64,000 nt of DNA. Origin: Octopus vulgaris. Taxonomy: Eukaryota. The stretch lies in NCBI GenBank assembly GCA_951406725.2, contig OX597815.1, positions 149,358,001 through 149,422,000 on the forward strand, given 5' to 3'. The number at the start of each line of letters is the position of its first letter. The stretch's first letter is position 1. Shown piece by piece: positions 52,389 to 64,000 of the stretch. The notes under the pieces were generated by a model, which was not told where the DNA came from, did not search any database, and was given only the letters and a program-made list of their open reading frames with translations. The position numbers and the translations under genes are program-made.

Positions 52389-53216
52389 CGCCGCTCTACC
52401 ATTGTGATCTATTTATTCATTGTTATGAACCACCTTATTTTTCGCCTTTGAAATTGGCCTTCTCAGTTTACCTTATATGTCCACTTTCTTTTAATAACCT
52501 CGTCTGTAATACTTTCATCTGTATAAATATCACGTACCACTTTCTATCTCTTACTGATCTCGCAATCCTAATTCATTTGCTAACGTTCTGCATTCTTGTT
52601 TGTATAAATCCCCAATTCGGTTTCTAAAATAATCTTCTTAGATTCATAACTTATAATAGCACACACCACTTATTGTCTGACCCACATTCAACAATTTACA
52701 TAGCGATTCCCTAATCAAGTATTAACCCTATCAACTGTTTTCTATTATCCTCAATACTTAGAGTTACGTTGCATTTTATAAAACATCCGTCTTAATAATC
52801 TTTTTTCAATTCTGAGCCTACAAATTTCGTGTATATTTATTTTTTAAGGCAATATTTCATTTATGAGTCCGTAGTTTATTACAATGCAACATATCTTCTT
52901 TTTCTATCCCTATCGCAGCGCCAGATTCAAACCTAATGGCCCTCTTCTCCACCCCATAAACGATTCATAAAATAATTCTTCTATTTCCTATGCAATTTTT
53001 CGCCCATGTATAATATATTTTGAATAAAATATATACGTTTCAAACAGACATTAAATAAAATGAGAATGGTTGTATACTGTCAATCTAGCAAGAACGTGAC
53101 AGTAGGGGGTACACCACCGCTGTATAGCCCTAGGAAGCATCGAACGCCTCCTGATAGCTTTGACACATTTTTTCCCTGTGTCCTTATATAGATATACGAA
53201 GGGGAGACAAACACCC

Positions 53217-53302
53217 CCGGCTGCCGGAACTGCATCTAGGGACACCGTGTTTCAGGATCATTGTCCTTCATCGGCCTAGAGTAGCAGACACCGGTCAGCT
53301 GG
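53217..53302 (-). ncRNA. Type I hammerhead ribozyme with long stem I (one core substitution)
   Basis: Minus strand TCTAGG-CcGATGA-AGGA-CAATGA-TCCT-GAAAC-ACGGT-GT-C-CCTAGA. Stem I extends through CTGC/GCAG, CCGG/CCGG and CCAGCTG/CAGCCGG (one mismatch). GUC cleavage triplet. Confidence 0.8.
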
Positions 53303-53548
53303 TGATATTTGCCTCGACTTCGTAATTCTATATATCTATATTTAGTGAAGTTTATTCACTGATTATCAAAATAAGAAATATTGAATTTCTAATGATATTC
53401 ATTTAAATTCCCCACTACTGAGAACTTTCTTTTAATGTTGAACAGCCGCCACTATAATTATGTGTGTAGTTCTATTTCTATATGTGTTTTTATTTGCGTC
53501 AGTCCGTATGCATACACACAGACACACATATATATACTTACGCATATA

Positions 53549-53930
53549 GTTGTGGCGCAATGACCCAGTGGGCAGGACAGCGGAATCCCGGTCGTACGAT
53601 CGCGGTTTCGATTCCCAGACTGGACGTTGCGAGTGTTTATTGAGCGAAAACACCCAAAGCTCCACGAATCTCCGGTAGCGGGTGGTGGCGAACCCTGCTG
53701 TACTTTTTCGCCCCAACTTTCTCTCATTCGGTGTTCCTGTTTCTCTTGTACTTGTATTTCAAAGGGCCACCCTTGTCACGCATTGTGTCACGTTGAAACT
53801 CACAGAAAACTACGTTAAGGGTGCACGTGTCTGTGGAGTGCTCAGCCACTTGCACGTTAATTTCACAAACAGGCTGTACCGTTGGTTGGATCAACTGGAA
53901 CCATCGTCGTCGCAACCGAAGGAGTTCCAC
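53549..53930 (+). mobile_element. SINE family C, tail type 2
   Basis: GGCGCAATGACCCAGTGG head, GGTTTCGATTCCC box B, shared body and tail. Confidence 0.9.
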
Positions 53931-53980
53931 TTATGTACATATAAAGAATATATATAATAACGTATGAGTGCATACATATA

Positions 53981-54392
53981 TTCTTTTATTATTTTACTTG
54001 TTTCACTCATTTGATTGCTGCTATGCTAGAGTACCGTCTGTAGTCGAACAAATGGACCCCAGAACGAAGTCTATGTAAGCCTAGTACTTATTCTATCGGT
54101 CTCTTTTGCTGAACCGCTAAGTTTCGGTGACTTAAACATAATAACATCATTCGTTAAGTGATGGTCGGGAGTCAAACACAGGCACACAAATACACACACA
54201 CACATACACGCACACACACACACATATACGACGGGCTTCTTTCAGATTCCGAGAACCAAATCTACTCATAAGTCTTTGGTCGGCCTGAGGCTATAGTAGA
54301 AAGCACATTCCCAATGTGACACGCAGTAGGACTGCACCCGGAACCATGTGGTTGGGAACCAAGCTTCTTACCACATAGCCATTCATGCACCT
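53981..54392 (-). mobile_element. SINE family B, full length
   Basis: Reverse complement of family B with internal (CA)n. Confidence 0.9.
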
Positions 54393-54456
54393 ATATATAT
54401 ATCCGTAAAATAAGTACACTGTGATGCATAGAGCAGTACTGTATTTATAAGCAATC

Positions 54457-54767
54457 GAATTTATGTTCGGTCATGGAGTGCCCAATAGTTTCGCATCTAC
54501 AAAGCCCTTGCCCCATGAACGTCAGGTCATTCAGGCTCTGAAGCCGAAGACAAATGCAAATATTCACCTCTGGGTGGCCTGAATCCGTTAGGGTCATTTG
54601 GTCAGTTAGTTCCCAAGGAATAAATCGTCTGGGGTCACTGAGGATACGTTGTCCCCGTTAGATCAGTGTTCTTATTTCATGGGGAAAAAGGGCTGCGTTT
54701 GGATCGTACGAACTTTTCCGGGTCCATTCGGCGAACCATTGGTCACCATATGACTGAACATAGACTC
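54457..54767. other. Highly self-complementary, rod/branched structured element
   Basis: Nested imperfect stems 54457-54474/54750-54767, 54478-54494/54731-54746, 54503-54519/54676-54694 and 54529-54536/54577-54584. Confidence 0.75.
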
Positions 54768-54771
54768 AACT

Positions 54772-54822
<51 letters not shown>

Positions 54823-54840
54823 AGCAAAATGTCGTAGACT

Positions 54841-54881
54841 CTTCTGATGAGAATCCTATAAGTTTCGAAAAGCGATTAAGG
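54841..54881 (+). ncRNA. Minimal hammerhead-like motif
   Basis: CTT-CTGATGA-GAA..TTC-GAAA-A-GCGA-T-T-A-AGG. Intact core words but short, weak stems. Confidence 0.45.
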
Positions 54882-54887
54882 TTGATC

Positions 54888-55041
54888 GTTTTCCCCGTAA
54901 CTTAGCGGTTCGGCAAAAAAGACCGATAGAATAAGTGCCATGCTTACAAAGAATAAGTCCTGGGGTTGATTTCCTTGACTACAGGCGGTGCTCCAGCATG
55001 GCCACAATCAATCACATGACTGAAACGAGTAAAAGAGTAAA

Positions 55042-55042
<1 letters not shown>
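54888..55042 (+). mobile_element. SINE family B 3' half
   Basis: CCCCGTAACTTAGCGGTTCGGCAAAA..GGCGGTGCTCCAGCATGGCC..ATGACTGAAACGAGTAAAAGAG. Confidence 0.9.
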
Positions 55043-55680
<638 letters not shown>

Positions 55681-57409
55681 CTATATCACTTTCGTTGTTT
55701 CGTATCGAGGACAGTAATATTGTTGATCTAATCAGTGCAGTACAACCGGATAAATGACGTTAGAAATTATTCTCTCATCTTTATTTCTCGATAATAGATA
55801 ACTTGTTCCCAGATTTTATATTTTGTACAATTAGAAAACATATCCGTCTGATTACTGTGAAAGCCACTAACATCTTGGAGCAGTAAGAAAACAAGTGTTT
55901 ATATATCTGGATTTGCGATAATGTAACTTCAAAGGTGAATTTGAGTTAATTTTGCTGAAGGCTTTTAAGCGTGTCCATTATGCTTAATGTATAATATTGA
56001 TTATGTGTCCATCGGGATCAAGCAAGAGAACTCTTCTAAATGTTTACATGGCCAGATAATTGATAATTGTAACGAGAAATCGTTACAAAATTTAACCCTT
56101 TGAACTCAATGTCCATAAAGATATTTGTCTTTGTCTATTACATCTGCGACTTGTAATCTCATTCTCCAAAGACAGGTATTCCCTTTAATCAATACTGAAA
56201 GTGATGACTAGAAGATATTCATTAATTAATATTCATCATTATTACAAGTTAATCCTTTAAGATAATCGTATTTCCGCTATTAGTTCTGTACAACTGTAAA
56301 TACATTCCTACATATAAGATGTGCTATTCCGACTACATTAATCCGCTTTCCTTCTATCGACTTAGACAGTATTACAATTGAGGAAATTCCTTAGTTATAA
56401 TCTAGTAAGACTTACCAGGATTTGGTGAAAATTTTTCGAGACGTTCATACACTGTATCCTTTCGTGACATTCACATGGCAGTTTCTACTTATTCCTTGCA
56501 AATTTATGAACAAGTGTTAAAGCACTGCTACCTAATATCGTTTTCTACTCAAAGCCGGATTAATATCTTTCAAACCAAAATCTTCCACACCTACTTTGTT
56601 ATTTAATAACGCAATGTGATTCTTCACAAGTATTCATAGAATACTTGATTTAGCTCTGGCAAAAAAGAAATGTTCTATAATTTACGAGCATTGATAGCTG
56701 GTAAATTCTACCAAGGGAAATGGAAGCACTCAGACATAGCCATGTACATATATGCAAGCGCATGCGCACAAAAGCGTAGGGTGTGTCTGTGTGTCTGTGT
56801 GTCTGTGTGGTACAACTTGTGTATACAAATGGATTTGCGACTGCTAATCTTCAGATAGGGCTTTATGTAGATTAACATCAACTAGTTTGCTTCCAGTGTA
56901 GACTTTTATGTACTATTATAACTGTTAGCAAAAATAGTCATGACATGCATTTTGTCTGATGTTATACAGTTTCTGACAATCCACTGATTTACATACATGC
57001 AAACATACATATATGGTTGTTTACAATTATACACACACACACCCATACACACACACCCACACACAAACACACACACGTGTGTGTAAGCATAATGAATATT
57101 TGTGTGACTTTTTATAATATGGTATTACGAAATTGCGATAAATGCAAGTTTGTATTATTTGTTCCTAAGTATTTTTCAGAATAGAATTCTGCACTGGATG
57201 TCCCAAATGAAACTGGATGCTTAACCACAACCGATTTCTAGGGGAACGAACTTCGCTCTCTGTAACATAATGCAATAAAGTGTTGTCTTGAACATCCATC
57301 ACACTGAAGCATCCATTTGTACTAGGAAATTGCAATGCGGTGTTTCAACCACAATGGTGACACGTACGTAGGAACAAATGATATAAACTTCTGCTTAACG
57401 AAACTTCTG

Positions 57410-57491
57410 TGTGTACATATATATACATATATATTGAGAGAGAGAGATACATACATACATACATACATACATACATAAATACATACATACA

Positions 57492-57525
<34 letters not shown>

Positions 57526-57535
57526 CATACACACA
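57410..57535. repeat. (TACA)n microsatellite block
   Basis: Directly visible. Confidence 0.95.
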
Positions 57536-59030
57536 TAGACAGTTACGCACGTGTGCACACAAAAACACATCATTGTTTCTAATGTAGGCAGAATACGGAA
57601 AATAAAACACCAGCCACCCAAGTATTTCACTATTACTTCGTTATATCTATTGCGGAAGCAGGAAAGTCGGAAGTGACGTCAATAGATTTTAAATTCTGAG
57701 CGTCACGAAACGAAACAAACACTGCACATCATTTTGTCCGATGCTCTAAAGATTTTGTGAACCACTTAACATAAATGCCTGCATACATACGCACATACGT
57801 GTATAGTATATAAATGTGTGTGTTTGTGCGCGTATGCGAGCGTGCGTGTATGTGCGCGTGTGAATAATGAATGTTTGTGTGACATTTTATAGAATGATAG
57901 TGAATATATGAATGTGCAATCCATTTGTTTACAATTATTTTTATTATTATTCACGCTAAATTAAAGAAAAACTTCAGCCTAAACGTTTTAACACATACAA
58001 ATAGCAAATCACTGGACGTTAGATTTATTTCGTATCAATTCAGGATAAATCTGACTGTTTATATATTTTACCTCTTCTGTCAACAATTAGCGTGACTCTT
58101 ATTTCTATTTTGTGTCTAAAATTAGAAGCAGCCTGTCTTTGTTTAAAACTGTCTACGATATTGCTAAGCTTACAACATTAAAATATTTCGTATGCGGAAA
58201 AATAGATAAATATTATCTAAAGTTCAAAAGATGAGAGTTCTTAGTAATGGCTTCTTTGGTATTATTTGCCATTTCTGCAGATGATAGAAATTAGTGGGCC
58301 ATCTTGAAACGACGTGCAAACTTGAAATCTCTTTGTCGTACGTATGACAAAAGATCAAACGTCATGTGTGTGGAATCGCATACGATGCTCCTATTTATTC
58401 CAAAGTTACTTCAGCTTTCATTCATTACAAATCTTTTATCAATTCTTATAACTTATATATTGGTGCATGTGGGCTCAGAAGTGCTACTAACGACTTCATA
58501 CAATGAAAATATTTTATCTTGGAATACATTTCACAACTGATCGGAATAATAGTTTTCGCTAGAAATAGTATTATTATCATTTCAATGGTTAGAAGTTTCG
58601 TCTGAGCCGAACACTTTGTATGTTATATAAATGAATAAAATATATGCATTCTATGCTTTCTCAATCAGAATATATAGAATGTTCGATCGTTATATTTTCA
58701 AAAGACGGGGATATTTCTAGAGGTAGGTTTAATGCGTAACGACCGGCTTTTGTGAATAGATTGATATGATTTACATCTGTGTTATCTTTTACAGTGACCC
58801 TTCTGCTCCTACGACTAAATGGCGTGGAATTCAGTTTACGCGAAGGCATTTCTCGATAACTGAGGTTGCGCCTTTTCCGTGCCCTCAGTTATAAAAATAT
58901 AACACCCAAAGTATCGCATGCCCTCCTTCGGTCCGTATCCATTTCACTTCACATGTATGGGAAGATTGCTTCAATTTTAGTAAAGTATATATAAGCCTAC
59001 GCACACACGAACACAGACACATGCACACAC

Positions 59031-59073
<43 letters not shown>

Positions 59074-59143
59074 ATATATATATATATACGTGTGTGTTTG
59101 TGTGTGTGTGTGTGTGTGTGTATGTGCCTGTATATACACAGAC

Positions 59144-59972
59144 ATACAGGAAGTAAAGAGACACCTTTATTTTTCAAAATCTTTTATTTAATACGCAAAG
59201 CGAACAATTGAAATGTAATCGATAGGTAGGACTACATGCTTTAGTATTTAGTTGACAGTTTTTAATGCAGAAACTCTTTTTGGCATTGAACTAATGAGCT
59301 TTGTAATTGTCTCTTGTGGAATTTCTGCCCACTTTTCACGCAACAATCGAAACAATTCATCTTTAGATGTAGTTTTCTGTCGAGGTTTTCGTATTGCTCT
59401 ATCTATTATGCTCCAAAAATGTTCAATTCGGTTCATGTCAGGAGATTGACTCGGCCAAGGAAGCTTTTTGATCCCATTTTCAGCCAGCCAGTGTTGATTT
59501 CTTTTTGCTGTGCGGCATGGAGCCCCATCTTCCATGAATAAAAACTCATTTTTTGTTAGGTGTTCGTGTGAATACATCGGAAGTAGTCGATCCTTAAGAA
59601 TTTCAATGTACTTTTCAGAGTTTATAGCTCCAACTTATTCGATCAGCTCAGAACGACAATTGTTGGTGATAGCTCCCCATACCATTACAGAGATACCGCC
59701 ATGTTTCTTAGTTGGCTGGAGGCGTTTCAAATCAAATTCTTCATTGGGAAGCCTCCACACATAAACACGTCCACTGTCTGAAAATATTGCAAACCTGGAT
59801 TCATCTGAGAAAATCACTCTATCCCAAAATGAAATGGATTTTTCTGACATCTCCTTAGCCGATTTCTTTCTTTTAATGATATTATTTACTTAAAGGAGAG
59901 GTTTTCTTCTATCTGCTCGTCCATAATACCTAAGCTTATGCAGATATGTAACACTAGGTTTTGGACTACCTT
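59144..59972 (-). mobile_element. Tc1-family transposon, 3' part (DD34E transposase pseudogene)
   Basis: [64 protein letters not shown]. Exactly 34 residues between the second D and E. Frameshift near 59635. Terminal remnant TACAG..AAGTAAAGAGACACC. Confidence 0.95.
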
Positions 59973-60077
59973 CTAGCGGTTTTGCAATGTCAGAAACGTT
60001 CGAACGGGATTCGTTAACCTAAAAATTAGTTGTGGAAGTCGAAACAAGACAAAAAGTAAAAAGGGGAATATGAGATT

Positions 60078-60117
<40 letters not shown>

Positions 60118-60119
<2 letters not shown>

Positions 60120-60290
60120 GCGCAGGATTGGTTGTATGGTAAGAAGGTTGCTTCCTAACCACATGGTTCCAGGTTCAGTTCCCCTATTTGGCATCTTGGG
60201 CGAGTATCTTTTACTATAGCCTCGGGCCAACCATACCATTGTTAGTGGATTTGTTTGAGGGAAACTGAAAGCCCATCGTATATAAAGCTT

Positions 60291-60358
<68 letters not shown>

Positions 60359-60571
60359 TGTATTTGTGTGTCTGTGGTTGTCCCCCAACATCGTTTGGCA
60401 ACCAATGTTGGTGTCTTTACACCCCTGTACCTTAGCGGCTCGGCAAAACAAACCCATGGAATAAGTACTAGGCTTACAAAGAATAAGTCCTGGGGTCGAT
60501 TTGTTCGACAACAGGCGGTGCTCCAGCATAGCCGCAGTCAAATGACTGAAACAAGTAAAAGAATAAAAGAA
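60118..60571 (+). mobile_element. SINE family B, full length
   Basis: AGGCGCAGGATTGGTTGTATGGTAAG head, internal (TA)n(TG)n, tail GACTGAAACAAGTAAAAGAATAAAAGA. Confidence 0.93.
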
Positions 60572-60583
60572 TGGAAGAATATG

Positions 60584-60617
<34 letters not shown>

Positions 60618-60933
60618 AACACACTCACATACACGCACACACACACACGCACAGAAATAATCACACATACACAGGTGCGTACACACGCACAAACATACTG
60701 ATCATCTTTTATTTGCATCTACAGCTATTCACCCACGTAAAACTTGTTACAAAGTGACTCTGAGGACGTGGGTGTAAATACAAATATACATTTACGTCAT
60801 AACGAGACGTAATTCAATATATATTGTGAGAAATATTTTCCTGTTTTGTACTACAGAGTATAACTAGAAACATGAAAACAAATGAGTGAACAAACAAATA
60901 TGAAGACGAAATTTGCGTCTGTAATCATATTAT

Positions 60934-61210
60934 AGGTAGCGTGGTTTAGTGGTTAGGATATTCGACTCAGGACCATAAGGTCATGAGTTCGATTCCCGGC
61001 GCTGCGTTGTCCTTGAGCAACACACTTTATTCCTCATAACTCCAGTCCGATCGGCTGATTAAAATGTGATATACTAACAATTCAAAGGGGCCAGCCTTAT
61101 CGCACTTTGTATCACACTAAATCTCCCTGAGATATACGTTAACTTCACGAGTAGGCTATTCTGTTGATTGGACCAAGTTGCACACTCATCGTTGTAACCG
61201 ACGGAGAACC
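60934..61210 (+). mobile_element. tRNA-derived SINE related to family C tail type 2
   Basis: GTGGTTTAGTGGTTAGG box A, GAGTTCGATTCC box B, CCTTGAGCAA, tail TTCAAAGGGGCCAGCCTT..GTAACCGACGGAG. Confidence 0.85.
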
Positions 61211-61298
61211 ATTTCTTTTCTTTTTTCTTTAAAGAATAGGAAGGCTACTTTGAGGAGGAGTGAACGCCACATTTCCAACCAAATTGTAGTCATGACAT

Positions 61299-61510
61299 TA
61301 TAATCCTTTTTCCATAGGTACAAGACCTGAAATGTGTGGGGAATGGACAAGTCGATTACATCGAACCTAGTGCCTAACGGGTACTTAATTTATGGACCCA
61401 AAAGGATGAAAGGCAAAGTCGACCTCGGCGGAATTTGAACTCAGAATGTTGCGACGAACGAAATACCCCTTTGCATTTCGTCCAGCCTGCTAACAGTTCT
61501 GCCAGCTCGC
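61299..61510 (-). mobile_element. SINE family A (tail B)
   Basis: Full core and head on the minus strand. Confidence 0.9.
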
Positions 61511-61519
61511 TGTATTTGG

Positions 61520-63000
61520 TCCATGAATGTTTTTTGCTGAAGGAAAATATGGAGTGCTGAAGTTCACGTGGGATTTTATCATTCAGATATCTATAGATCA
61601 CCAGCGAATTCTTTACCAACAGCGTTTTCTTTTTGCGTGTTTACCTTGTACTTGATCATTAATTTGCCTCTAGCAAACATTAACGGCATGGCTATCTTGC
61701 AAAACATCAGGATATTTTTTTATCCATCATCAATTTTAGCTTCAACGTCAATCGTAGAATACGTTGTACTGGGATTATTAAGAGAAGAACACTCCTTGGT
61801 TTCTAACAATTTTATTTATTGTCCGTTTGCAATGTAGAGGGTGAGACATTTCTTGCCGATCGTATGCTTGAAGTTGCTTGTGCCCGAAGATCTACCCCCG
61901 CTGCATGTTTTAACTATCTGCAATATTGTACTTACTCTGGTTATTGATATGATCAAATAGGTACGACGAATGACGATGTATCTCGTGGAGATAGGCACTG
62001 ACAAAGACACCGCTCTGCAGGTTTTCCGAAACGACTCGAGCAAAAACTGAGACGTGTGGTTATAGTGATGTGTTGCAACGGTGCATGTTCCCTACGTAGC
62101 GCAACCGGGCTATTGGATAGAATGCCTTAAAATTATTCTGACTAGTAGGTTTTTCTGAGTTATAATAATAATGTCTTAGCATCCGCCATGAGATACATTT
62201 CAGTTTGTGAACTTTGAGAATCTTCTGAATATGGAGTGCATGAAATTTATCTTTAATGGTTGAATTTACGGTTCGCCATCTTCACACATTGTTCCAAGAA
62301 TCAGATGGGGTAAAAGATGTTTCTTTGCTTCATATCACGTGAAAGCTTGTGGCTTTTTAGTTCAGTTTGCCGCCAACCAAAATCCTCACCTTTTAACATT
62401 ACTCTCCTTTGCCATTTTTGCAATGTAACTCTGCTAATATTCTTCAAGGTTCCGGTTACCATTATGAAGTTTATGCATATATTGCTGCTCCCAAACTTTA
62501 TGTCATTCCACGCCTAATTCGCTCTGAACAACCTCCCGCTTTGAAGAGTACCAAAACTTCGTTGCTAATAAAATTGTCTGTATATATTTCTGTACTCGAC
62601 GTCACTGCTAATTCCACCATTTCATTACCAGATATGTCTCCGCAAATTTTCCTTTCACCTGTGCAGGTGATATTGCACGATACATTGACCATAGCACTTT
62701 CTAAGACTTCTTTTGAAAGTATCACCTCTTATCGATAATGCATCTGTAGATGACATTTTATTTCTGTTGTTTTCAAATTTAAAAATAAAAAGCCAGCAAA
62801 TATGAACTTTCGTATAATTATGGTCAGTTGATTTCGGATCAGAATGTATTTTGTAATTTGGATTATTGATTCTTTGTTGTGATAATATTCGTAAACAGTG
62901 CACAATATCTGTATCTCTTGTTATTCTTGTTAGCGGTAGTGTTCGCTTTATTTTTGTGAATTCTTGCGTTAACATTACTGTTTAGTATCAAGAAGCCATC
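61520..63000 (-). mobile_element. Decayed coding-like region, possibly a MULE/Mutator-like transposase remnant
   Basis: Microsatellite-free with several short minus-strand ORFs. IYTDNFISNEVLVLFKA then AWND/KVWEQ loosely follow MULE FMSDD...NAW / LC.WHV.KAW. Weak match by eye. Confidence 0.3.
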
Positions 63001-63748
63001 ACAATAGTTTTCTCCTTGTTTAATGTTTACTTCCTAGAGAGTGATTGATATTGTTTTTTCTTTTCATTGCAGTCGGATGTGATTGCAATCGTTCGAAAAT
63101 ATTGTGGTACATTTACATAAATTATCGCTACCACCAGTGTGGGGAGCGAATTTTTTCCTAAAAATAATACTTCCAAAAAAGAAAATAAAAACATTTCGAA
63201 TAATTCTCATTTTCCTGACTGAAGGCTTAGGAAATTGTGTGAGTTTCCTGAACGGTTTGTGATGGAAATAAGATAGTTGCTAACTATATCATTTCCATCT
63301 CAAAATTATCGGAATAGGCATACAGAATTACTTAAGCATTCTTTAGAGAAAACAACTCAAATAATTTTTTGTATGAATTTAAATGTAGTGATGCACCAAT
63401 TTAAACTTGTGTAAAGAAGATGCATTAGTTATAATTACAAAGATGAGATTGTGTTAATAGTTAGGAACTCGTAGGGGAGCTGAATAGAAGAAAACACTCT
63501 CACACAACTACTTACACTGTAAGGGGTCCGCTCTGTATCCAAGTTAAGATTCCCGGCTGCCCTCCTGATGACTCGTGTTAGCAACTTGGATATTGGAGAC
63601 GGGCGCTTTTAAAACGTTTGGAAATTTCATCTGGTTGTTACTCCTATCTGTTGGCTCAGCTTTCACACTTATACTTAAAGAAGAAATAATGTTGGTGTTA
63701 TAATGATAATGCCAACAAGTACCTATAAAGAATAATGTGCTGCTGTGA

Positions 63749-63963
63749 AAGAAGAAGAAGAAGGAGAAAAAGAAGAAGAATGAGGAGGAGGAGGAGGAGA
63801 AGAAGAAGAAGAAGAAGAAGAAGAAGAAGAAGAAGAAGGAGGAGGAGGAGGAGGAGGAGAAGAAGAAGAAGAAGAAGAAGAAGAAGAAGAAGAAGAAGAA
63901 GAAGAAGAAGAAGAAGAAGAAGAAGAAGAAGAAGAAGAAGAAGAAGAAGAAGAAGAAGAAGAA
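63749..63963. repeat. (GAA)n/(GAG)n purine microsatellite
   Basis: Directly visible; source of the poly-R and poly-F ORFs. Confidence 0.98.
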
Positions 63964-64000
63964 TTCGAAATAAAATATAAAATGGCTGTGTTGCAACCTT

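Noticed and set aside
57668-57681. CGGAAGTGACGTCA ETS+CRE composite promoter motif
   Set aside because: It appears to lie within a very decayed family A SINE (about 57650-57755), with no other promoter evidence; probably chance.
63562-63625. CTGATGA...AAAACGTTT as a hammerhead
   Set aside because: GAAA is absent and stems I and II are not supported.

Overview
This is AT-rich, repeat-dominated eukaryotic DNA that looks intergenic or intronic. The SINE families and microsatellite load resemble an octopod cephalopod genome; that assignment is inference. I found no intact cellular protein-coding gene, rRNA, true tRNA gene or CRISPR array, and most ORFs in the track are translated microsatellites. 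The window contains: three tRNA-headed SINE families (about 30 copies, some in head-to-tail arrays); decayed DNA transposons (four mariner, one Tc1, one hAT MITE, tentative Chapaev- and MULE-like remnants); an R4/Dong-type LINE remnant; a tentative Penelope-like (PLE) GIY-YIG remnant; and several long fold-back palindromes tied to microsatellites. The most striking signal is a set of hammerhead ribozyme (HHR) motifs. Three copies belong to a composite non-coding element: a tRNA-like Pol III head, an (AAT)n spacer and a minimal PLE-type HHR arm, with an inverted copy of the arm upstream in two copies. This is a candidate ribozyme-bearing, PLE-mobilised SINE. Other HHRs (53217-53302, 21922-22022) and a rod-like structured element (54457-54767) suggest retrozyme-like elements. 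Coordinates of decayed elements are approximate.
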